A stretch of 63,945 nucleotides of DNA, counting the filler. It is 4 parts of 4 records of this genome, joined end to end, with 100 filler letters (N's around TTAATTAATTAA, not from the genome) between each part and the next. Parts side by side here need not be neighbours in the genome. Positions count along the whole stretch, not along the records: positions 52,086 to 63,945 come from SRR20825019_1690; 3 more parts are not named here. One strand, 5' to 3'. The translations under genes were made by a program, and so were the position numbers. Each line of letters starts with the position of its first letter. Positions within the stretch are counted from its first letter, which is position 1. The notes under the pieces are model-generated. The model was given only the letters and a program-made list of their open reading frames with translations. It was not told where the DNA came from and searched no databases. Shown here one piece after another: positions 55,102-63,945 of the stretch.

Positions 55102-58100
55102 ATGGGTGAAGCGGGCATGGCCGCCGGCGGGCCAGGGGCGAGTGTGGCGGTCGGGGGCTCAGCCAGCCCACTCTTTGGCTGTGTTCCGCGCATTGTGTTG
55201 AGGGAACTTGTGGCAACTCTGGGAAATCCCGCACCCCAGCCTGCCCGTGCCCATATCATGCGGAGCTCTGGGGCAGTTCTGCTCGTGGATGTGTCAGGAT
55301 TCACGTCTGAACTGAACGCGGTGTGTGACTCGAAAGGTTCACGGGGTGCGGTCCAGATCGGAGCGGAGGGCTTCAGCGACAGGCTCTCGCGTGTGCTATC
55401 GCGAGTTATTGATACGATCTATCGCTATGGTAAGGCGGCCCATGTCATGATACAGGCTCTAGCTGCACGAACTGACTCTGTTCGCAGGGGGCGATGTTGT
55501 GAACTTTATCGGGGACGCGTGCTTAGTGACCTTTACCTCGGTGCCGAACCCGGCGCTGGAAGATGACCGGAGGCGGCCGGTGGAGCGAGCGGTCGCGTGC
55601 GCTATGGAGCTCGTCGCCACCTCTGTCGAGCCAACTGATGCCACCAGTATGGCGCCACTATCGCTCGGGGCCGGGATGAGAGGTTTAGATCTGCACGCCA
55701 CCTTGGCTACCGGAGATTTTGGCGTCGTCGTTCTGGAGTCCAACGGCGCCACGGAGCCTTCCGGGAAGCCGACCGTGCCCTTCGCGGAGGTCCTTGTAGA
55801 TGGACCGGCGATGAAGTCGCTGGCTGCGCTGGCACGTGCGGGTTCTCCAGCCGGCTCCGTGACTGTGGACCTGACCACACGAACTTTGCTACAGCCGTCC
55901 AAGTCGCTAGAGTTTGAGTCGATTGGCGATGGCGACCGGGCCTTTGTAGTTAAGGGCATCGTCCCTAGGGAAGGTTGGGGCCTGCGAGTTGGAGGGGACG
56001 ACATTGCAATTCCGGACGGAGCGCCGCGGGGGGAGCTGCTGGAGAGACTGCAGCAACACCTCCTGGAGGCATGGGTGAGACTGCCGGGGGACCTGCTGAC
56101 CAGGCGTGAGATTCGTCAGTACACGGCGGAGGTCCGGCCTGTGACCCTCACGTTTCTCTGGCTCGGGCCGGCAGAGTTGTGGGGACTTGATACCACAGCC
56201 GGCGCCGAGCGATTGCTGCGGGTGTGTGAGGAAGTTTATTCGATTTGCAAGTGAGTGTTCTGGCCCCTCGCAGAGGGCGGGGGATATTTGATGTCTTGTG
56301 ACATGGGCTGGTGGGATGTGCCTCAGGTGAGGCTGGCAGGGCTCTACTAGTTTAGTACTGTGCCGGCTAAGCCGGCGAACTAACCCGAGTTGGGGTGCAT
56401 AGGGCGGTGAAGCGTTGGAATGAAGTTGTGTTTTGGCGTCTCTAACCCTTTTGCAGTCAATTCGACGGACGGGTTCAGAAAGTAGTGCACGACGAGAAGG
56501 GTATTATTGTCATGCAAGCCTGGGGGGACCCGCATCATAGCCACGAGGACGATGCAACCCGAGCGGTCCGCGCGCTGTTGAGCCAGGTACCTTAGGGCGT
56601 GTGGGGAACGGGGATCCGAGCACCCGCTCCGCCTCGTCAAAAGTCTCTTATCTGACCATCCGTTTCAGGCCCGCGCTATTCAGGCGATGGAAGGACTCTT
56701 ATGCAATGCAGGTGTCGCCACCGGGCCAGTATACATCGGGCCGGTAGGGAGTAACGCTCGGAGCACTTATGATATCATAGGTAAGCTGCTTCACCCCAAC
56801 CCCCGCCTGAAACTGGTCGGACTTGGTGTATCCCCCTTGTCCTGGAGCCATCGTTACTTATTCTGTATTTTCAGGAAATGCCGCGAACCTTGCCTCCCGG
56901 CTGATGGCCGCAAAGAATGGATTGATGTGTGATGACGCCACCGTGCGCGGTTTAAGCTCCGTGGACACGTCTTCAGTCACGCTGGCGTTGCCGGGGCTGG
57001 GGTTGGTGAGTTGCCGTCCCTTGATCCACAATCGCCCCATCTGAAATACCTTCAGGTCACGGCACACCGTCTCATTCCAACTGAAAAGAGCCTTCTTCAG
57101 CGCGGGGCCTCGGGGTGGTCATCTTCCAGTGCGTTGGCGTCGCCCCCCCGGCGCATGGCCGGTGCTTCATCATCCAGCGCCACATCAACAATCTATTCCG
57201 CGTTATGGCCGAGCAAGGTCTCTGGCGTCACAAGCAGCCCGAGTGACGCTGGCTTCCCGCAACTTCCGGGCCGCACCACAGCCCACGACAAACTGTGCAG
57301 GGCCTTGGAGAGCTTTTTGGTCGACCGGCAAGGGTCGACTTCAAGTGATGAAGGCATGGGTCGCGAGCCGGCAGCGTGCTTGTTCATTGAAGGAGCTGCT
57401 GGTAGGTTTCACATCATTCTTTTCACTTGTGAAAGGGCCAGTTACACCTGCGCGCCCATTTGGCAGTCACCATGTGGTATCATGTCTCGACTGACGCGGG
57501 CTTTGCAGGGTTGGGCAAATCGCACCTGCTGTCGGAGTTAATGAACGAGTACTTGCCAGCCATCCAAAACATTCCGTCCACGATCATCCGGGCGACTTCA
57601 TGCGATGTATATTCGCCTTACCGTTGTGTGGAGCGCGCGCTGTGGGAATTGTTCATAGAGCCAGCGAACCGCGACATCGGAGGGAATGAATCCGACATCT
57701 TTCGCAGCGTATTGGATGATATCTGCTCACTCGCGGACGCTGAAGACACGCGTCGGAAGACCGTTCAGGAGAACGCGGAAGCCCTCACACGTTTTTTTGT
57801 AGGTGAGATCGAGACGGATGGCGCGGGACCGTTAGCAGGCCCGGTGTTGCTAGATTTGTGTGGGCTGTGCCTGGATTCGAGGAAGCCCGGCAACACTGCT
57901 GTGATGATTGTGGTTGAAGATTTCCATTGGCTGGACCTTTCCTCCGTTAAGCTCCTTCTGTCCCTTCACACCACCCATCCCGGGTCCGTATGCCTATTGA
58001 TCAACACACGGCCGCCCTCGGAAATGTACAAGGAGCTGCAAGATGTTTATTCAAAGTTTCTTGCGCTGAGTGAAACGATTCACATCTCGCTAAATCCCCT

Positions 58101-60921
58101 TGAGGTAACGGATGTTGCTATCATGGTAGACACGCTTCTGTCCAAGCGGCCCGGGTACAACAGGATCTATGCACAAGCAATGGAGTACAACACGGCACAA
58201 CGGCTTCCCGGCCACGCGCTTCCCATGCGGCTGTACGCGCGGCTGGCAGATCTTGGTGGGGGCAGGCCCCAATCTGTAAGGGATCTTTGCGCTGCAATGC
58301 TGCCGACAATGCTTAAGGCATTAGTGGGATTGGAAGAGGAAGACGACGCCTGCTTCGAGGATAAATGGCTTTCGCTGTGGCTCACGATTAGAGACGAGCC
58401 CAGCGTGGATGACGGCGGGAGTGCCCTCCAGCGGTCCCTCATTGATCGGTTGCCCCTGGAACAGCAAATGGTTCTGAAGGTATGTACTATAGTATAATGG
58501 GTATATTGGGGTAGTAGTCTGGGGATTTGTCGATCCACTTACACCAGGACCGCAGGTGGCGTCGGTAATCGGTCCGACGTTCCAAACCAAGACCCTCCTG
58601 AAGGTGTTTCCAGAAGAATTACGTCTATTGATCAATATCCCCGTGGCACTGAGACAGCTGGTTGAGGTCTCTTTCCTGACGGTGGCACAGTCGGCGAAGG
58701 GGGCGGCCGGATCATGTGTTTCCTATACGTTTACCCATGTCACGTACCTATCCACAGCATATAGCATGCTGGGGTGGACCCAGCGGGCCCGAATACACAT
58801 GAACATGGCGGAGTTGGTCGAGGCGGGCGACTACGATGGCGTGTCGGCATCCGGTTCCGCATCCCTCGTGGCGTTCATGTGGGGCCGTGCCCTGGAGGGC
58901 GTCCGCGCGCGTTACGATGGCGATCTTGGCCGCGAGATGCTGGGAGATCTATCCCGGGAGAAGCTATCTCGCGTGGTTGCGGTCCAGGAGTCTGCGGGGG
59001 ACGCCGCGTATCGCGAGGGGTCATTCAGCAGTGCCAGCACCCTGTACAGTAACGCCCTTCACACGATCAATGTGTACGGACACCTCCTGCTCAGTGATTC
59101 ACCACTGGCCCGGGCCGGTCTCCAGCCCGACAGCTCCGACAGTGAAGTCGCGCGAGCGCGGTGGATGGTCCTTAAAGAGGCCGGGGCGCTCGAGACTGAA
59201 TTTGGCATTCTGGTGAAACTGACCGACACCTATTGCAGTGTCAGGGGGTGAGTGCGGGTGATGCTGAGAGTTCATGAACATATAGTAATTGTTTCCGTTG
59301 CTTGCAGCTTCTCTCATGAGGATACGAAACGATCGTTTGCGCTGCTGGAGGACCTCAGCGAATGTGTGGTCAAAGGAGAGTCTACTGAAGGCATTTCACC
59401 AGAGCACGCGGGTATGTACATCGATGCCCTGGTCCGGCAGCACTTGAGCCATAGCCAAGGTAGCTCGTATCACATGGCAGTCAAGACCGGGCGGAAGATG
59501 GTTGAGACAGCCAAGGCAATTGGCGGCGCTGACCAGCGCATCGAGGTGAGTACACGTGCCGGATGACGAAGCTGGCCTCACGAATAGAACTCTTTACACA
59601 GGCCGAAGCAAACCTAGTGGTGTCGTTGTGTCTGTTTGGCAAGATCAAAGAATCTTCGGAGCTGCTGCGAGTGCTTCACTCTGAAATGGAAAATCGCCGG
59701 CGTACTGGGGAGCCGTTGCATAATTCAAGCTTCTTCCTCACCCCGCCAGCTTTGATATGGGGCTTTGGCAGTGTCAGCGCCCTTTTCCGAAACGAGAGGG
59801 GCTTTTATAGTGATCTTTGGAGTAATTTTGAATGGCTGATGAAGAGCCAGCCGCGGCCGGCGCAAGATGGGATGTTCATGGCAGTGGCGGTGAGTCCGCT
59901 GTGTGATGGGACGGGGTCATGACTCCAAATCTGACGATGTGTGCAGGCTCTGGCATTGGCTGTGGTTGGAGACTATGAGAAATCGCGGGTGACGATGCTT
60001 CGGGCCAAAGACGTGGGGCACACAAACCGGCTTGCGATGCCAATGCGATACTGCAAATTTTTGGAGTCGTTCCTCCTTCTTTGTTTCGACAGTTGTGACT
60101 TGGCCGGGGGGGCGCTTGATACCGACTCGTTTGATGAGATCATGCTCCCCTGCTTATTAGGTACCGACAGCGGGCCAGTGGGGCCAGGGCGATGCTGTGC
60201 GGGATGGGAGGGGGCAATTTGGCGAGAGGATGCGTCGGTTACGGACGCTTGTGGCGGGATGATGTCGGTGGAGCTTCTGTCAACCATGTTGGACATTGTG
60301 GCTTCCTTCCCATGGGCACTCTACTATCCCCTCGTCGTCCGCGCCTGCATTGACAACGCCGAGTTTCCAATGGCGATGGCGCTGCTCTGGCAGTGGGAGG
60401 CCAAACGGACAAACGATCCCGGGAACACCTTCCTGTTAAGCGAGCAGCTGCGTCTGAATGCCGAAATGCTAATGGCCGTCCGAGCCGCGCCGAGTCGCGT
60501 CCGGCCGCCGTTTGTTGAGGTACCAAAAGCGTTTACGGAGGAGCTCAGGCGACGAGGCGGTGTTCTGGGGTCGGAATGGGATGAAACTGTGCTGGGCCTG
60601 GATAGATCCGATGACCGCATTCTATCGCTGCTGGAACAAGCCGCGACTCAGGCCAGGGACGCCGGGTCTACGGTATTTGAAGCAACGGTATCGGTGACGC
60701 GTGTGCACTTTGAGATGCTGCGTGCACGCGAGTTCAAGGCAAATTCAGAGAAAGGAGCTCCACAAGCCTGCCCTTGCGGAGAAGTGCGGAAACAAGCGGC
60801 ACACCACCTGGGCGACCTTATGTCGAGGGTGGGTCCACCTGAGGATGATCATGGCTGTACCGCAGTGGGCGCTGCGCGGAAGTTGGCGGGCATCTTGAAG
60901 GTGGGCCAGCCTGAGCACTGA
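55102..60921 (+). CDS. ADCY10 (soluble adenylyl cyclase)-like protein: two class III cyclase domains + STAND NTPase + helical region, multi-exon
   Basis: VDVSGFT, GGDVVNFIGDA, AEVRPVT, HDEKG, HEDDATRAV, GVATG..GPVGS.RSTYDIIGNAANLASRLM, Walker A GAAGLGKS, Walker B VVEDFHWLD. Confidence 0.87.
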
Positions 60922-61537
60922 CGACCGGACGGATGGTTCCCCGCCGCCAGCCGGACCGGGACTGATCACTGAATTGTGGGGGCAAATGAGGCTCAAGCGG
61001 GTGCCGTATGACTCAGTGACTGTACCAAAGTGCCAAAAGGACCTATAATTAGAAAAAGGCTCAGGGATGCCTGGCCTGCGGCGCCCCCGGCGTCGCGGCG
61101 CCCGGCCCGGCGCCGCCCGGCCTGGGCCCGCGGGCGATTCACCCGCCGCGAGCCGGGCGCAGTCTGAGCCGGCCGACTACGTTGTTGCCCAGGGCGCTCA
61201 AGCAAGCGGGCCCCTGCGGAGCCCCTGCGTGCGTGCCGAGAGCGGTGACCCTGACCTGCCCGTCCTAGGGGCCTGAGCGTGACCGGTGGCCACTGACTGG
61301 CCACTGATGAGTCAGGCACGCCGGACCGTGGATCTTCACTGACGGCGCGCGGCACACACCGCATCTGGCACTGATACCATAAATATAAATATAAACGAGT
61401 TGACGAGAGTGCACAATCACCCAGAGCTTACGGAAGCCGTCTTTAGTGTTCCTAGCTAGTGGCTGCGATAGACGGGTTTTGGTGTCGATCTGTGGTACCG
61501 CCCGCTCTGCTTGCTGACAAACGAAAGTACTGTCGTC

Positions 61538-62635
61538 ATGACGTCGATAGACGAGTTGTGGCGGCGTTGGCGTAGTGAGGCGGCGGCCGGCTGCGGGGTG
61601 CTCAGTCAGTCTAAGGTCTCCTCAGCACCGTTCAAGAGCCTCGTCGCAGCCGCGAAGAAGGCGGGCATCCCTGTGTTCCAACAGAGCAGACTCACCCTGG
61701 CCACTGCTCTGGCTCAATATAGCAAGAACTTTGACACCGATGCCAGTCATGACCATATAGCCCGCCACCCCCGACTTCCTGCCCTGGTGCGTAAGAAGGG
61801 CGAACGTATCATGCGGCTGCAGGCTGTGGACAGCATCACCCGCGTTGCCAGACTTGTGCAAAGGCGGGGCCTCCAAGGACCAGTCGAGTCTGAGGACTCC
61901 GGGGATGAGGTCCCGGTCAAGAGACGGAGGGTGGATCTGAGCGCGACGACAGCTGCTGAAGCTGACCCAAGCGGCGGTTCGGGACGGGCTGGATGCACGG
62001 AAGGTACCTCTGAAGAGCGGGACAAATGGTTGATACGAGAGACGGTGCCCGTGACAGGGGCTGGGGGAGATGCTATGGAGACGGAGGCGGTGGTGACGGA
62101 TTCGGGTAGTACAGATGTTTTTAGTGTGAAGATGCTGGTTGGAGAATACGTGGATGTGATGAAGGAATCGATCCGCAACCCGTCCAAGCGGCTGCGCCGG
62201 CCGCACTACCTGGCAGGATGGGCTGTGGGGGACCCTGCTTGTCACGTGCCCGGGGACTGTCTGAGCCAACCACGAGAGGTGGGCGACGGACTGGGCCGGC
62301 TGGTTGGATGCTCTATGAAAGAAAGGCGGACTGACTGGACAGGGAATATCACCATGACCACAACAAATATTGTCAAGTTCCGCGCCCTTCGCCCCGGGTT
62401 GTACTCATTGAGGATACTAGTTCCGGTTGACTTCGACTGCTGGCGTGGCACCCGTGGCCCGCGCTACAGATCTGCGAAAGTCATTGTCATTCAGGTTCTG
62501 GACAAGACACCGAGGCCGGGCGAGCCACCCCTGAGCGACACGGTGACGGCACGAGGTGTCTCAGACCACACATACAGCGAGCTTTCACTGGATCTACTCT
62601 CTTCACCTGCGCACGACATATCCTCAGTATATTGA
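61538..62635 (+). CDS. Hypothetical protein, possibly nuclear
   Basis: ~365-codon ORF downstream of a GC island; PVKRRRV NLS-like motif; no family recognised. Confidence 0.55.
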   Translation: MTSIDELWRRWRSEAAAGCGVLSQSKVSSAPFKSLVAAAKKAGIPVFQQSRLTLATALAQYSKNFDTDASHDHIARHPRLPALVRKKGERIMRLQAVDSITRVARLVQRRGLQGPVESEDSGDEVPVKRRRVDLSATTAAEADPSGGSGRAGCTEGTSEERDKWLIRETVPVTGAGGDAMETEAVVTDSGSTDVFSVKMLVGEYVDVMKESIRNPSKRLRRPHYLAGWAVGDPACHVPGDCLSQPREVGDGLGRLVGCSMKERRTDWTGNITMTTTNIVKFRALRPGLYSLRILVPVDFDCWRGTRGPRYRSAKVIVIQVLDKTPRPGEPPLSDTVTARGVSDHTYSELSLDLLSSPAHDISSVY

Positions 62636-62947
62636 CGGCATGGCACCCCCGCTCGCATTCTAATCCGAATATGGTGGTGTGATTCTAAAGGCAGTACCTC
62701 GGTTCTCCGGACACAACACTCGTCCCAATGTTCGCTCCATTTGTTTACCGAATGTGTGCTTTCGCGAGAAAACACTATCGCCATGGTGTGAAGACCCCTC
62801 GACCGCCACCACGCGACGGAGCCGCAGCTCTCGGGGCCGGCTCCATCAGTGCAGCGGTTGGTTGGTCCTCCGTATCATTCCACCATCGTGAGCAGAAGGC
62901 CCTGGGCTCACCGGATGGACGGCCGCACTTGGCGGCAGGGCAGTGAC

Positions 62948-63757
62948 TTACGCCTGGGTGAGGCCCAACTCCTCATCGGTGGCAATGCGGTCATACTTGT
63001 CCTTCGGGGGAGAAGGCCGCTTGGACCAGTGTGGTTCGAAGACAAACGATGACAGGGCCCTTCCCTTCGGAAGGGACCCATTGCCCGACCCCACGGCGTA
63101 GTCATAGTAAAGCGTCACGATCTCCTTCTGGCTCACCTGCTGACACGCTGGGTGCGCAAGGCATGCGTCCCTCCACTTACGCACACGGTCGTACTTGGAG
63201 TCCTCCGGAAGGTCGAAGCCCTCATAGTATTCCAAGAACCAGAAGCGCATGAACATGGGCGTATACACGGTCTCCGCCAGGCCAAACTTATCGAATAGGA
63301 AGACACCGTCCGGGTTGTGGACCCGCAGAAAGTCGTCTAACCACGCGTAGTGGCCGAGGAGGGTGTCACGCAGGCCCGCCGTCTTCTCCTTATCGGTGTT
63401 CATCACGTATAGATACCCAGCCATGGTGAAAGGTCCTTCCTTGGTCATCATCCATGATTCAATGGCCCGCTTGTACGGGTCCTCCTGCGCCACCGCCTCG
63501 CCCCCAAACGCCTCCTCCACGTATTTCAAGATCACCATGCTCTCCTTCAGCACCTTCCCATCGCCAAGGTCCATGAGGGGCAGCGCTGTGGTACCACGTG
63601 ACAACTTCAGCAGAAACTCCTCCCTCGGCTTGGTGATGTCCACCACCCGAAATTCAACCGCATCCGTCTTGCCCTTGAGATGCAGCAAAATTTCTATGCG
63701 CTGAGAGAAGGGGCAGACCGGGATGTGGTAGAGGATGGGACGGTTCGTCGCTGACAT
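62948..63757 (-). CDS. Omega-like glutathione S-transferase, LigG-type glutathione lyase family
   Basis: YHIPVCPFSQR, GTTALP, LKESMVIL, TPMFMRFWFLEYYE, LYYDY..G.GNG, SSF, RP.PPKDK..ATDEELGL match the LigG pattern as recalled; intronless; alternative start 63799. Confidence 0.85.
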   Translation of the reverse strand: MSATNRPILYHIPVCPFSQRIEILLHLKGKTDAVEFRVVDITKPREEFLLKLSRGTTALPLMDLGDGKVLKESMVILKYVEEAFGGEAVAQEDPYKRAIESWMMTKEGPFTMAGYLYVMNTDKEKTAGLRDTLLGHYAWLDDFLRVHNPDGVFLFDKFGLAETVYTPMFMRFWFLEYYEGFDLPEDSKYDRVRKWRDACLAHPACQQVSQKEIVTLYYDYAVGSGNGSLPKGRALSSFVFEPHWSKRPSPPKDKYDRIATDEELGLTQA

Positions 63758-63945
63758 GTCAACAAAATACTTCTCGAAGTGAGAGGCGAACAACCTCATC
63801 TATGAATAGACCGCATGGCGCCCTATTGTGTCCAGAGTGCACGCCCTCGGCTGGGGGTTTCGGAAGGCGCTACAACTCAGCGCACTGCGCCGTTCCTCTT
63901 TGAGTGAGAACTCGGCCTGGCTGCCCCCCCCCCCCCCCCCCCCCC

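Noticed and set aside
61300-61320. CTGATGAGTCAG, a second hammerhead-core-like string
   Set aside because: No following stem II and GAAA
63924-63945. Terminal poly-C run as telomere or G-quadruplex
   Set aside because: Homopolymer at a contig end, most simply a sequencing or assembly artefact; no telomeric unit
1-63945. CRISPR arrays, tRNA/rRNA genes, transposases, prophage
   Set aside because: None recognised by eye; short RNAs could have been missed without covariance-model searches

Overview
This window is not one locus. It is four unrelated contigs joined by 100-nt artificial linkers (44 N + TTAATTAATTAA + 44 N) at 12249-12348, 36703-36802 and 51986-52085. (1) 1-12248 is a Flavobacteriaceae-type segment: pckA end, hemD, DUF4271, a GT-C/GT2 pair, pyrC, tyrS, a LuxE-like gene, two tiny T9SS C-terminal-domain-only genes, and an AT-rich pair that includes a secreted protein with an unrecognised duplicated domain. 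(2) 12349-36702 is an alphaproteobacterial origin region: rho-hemJ-hemE | probable oriC | ppsR-maf-aroE-coaE-dnaQ, then a lepB paralog, dnaK-dnaJ, a TetR / beta-helix / diheme cytochrome / TonB-receptor cassette, dapB, a UbiH/UbiL-family gene and ftsK. (3) 36803-51985 and (4) 52086-63945 are compact eukaryotic DNA with short GT-AG introns and very GC-rich intergenic islands. They encode a CCP1-type tubulin deglutamylase, LRR and ankyrin proteins, an isocyanide-hydratase-like DJ-1 protein, an ADCY10-like cyclase and an intronless LigG-like glutathione lyase. The best leads are the LigG-like gene on a eukaryotic contig; a spliced STMP1-like microprotein gene missed by the ORF track, whose stop lies 5 nt before the next ATG (possibly bicistronic); an oriC with Bacillus-like DnaA-trio architecture; and the uncharacterised TonB/diheme/beta-helix cassette. 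All family assignments come from motif recognition by eye; no database searches were run.
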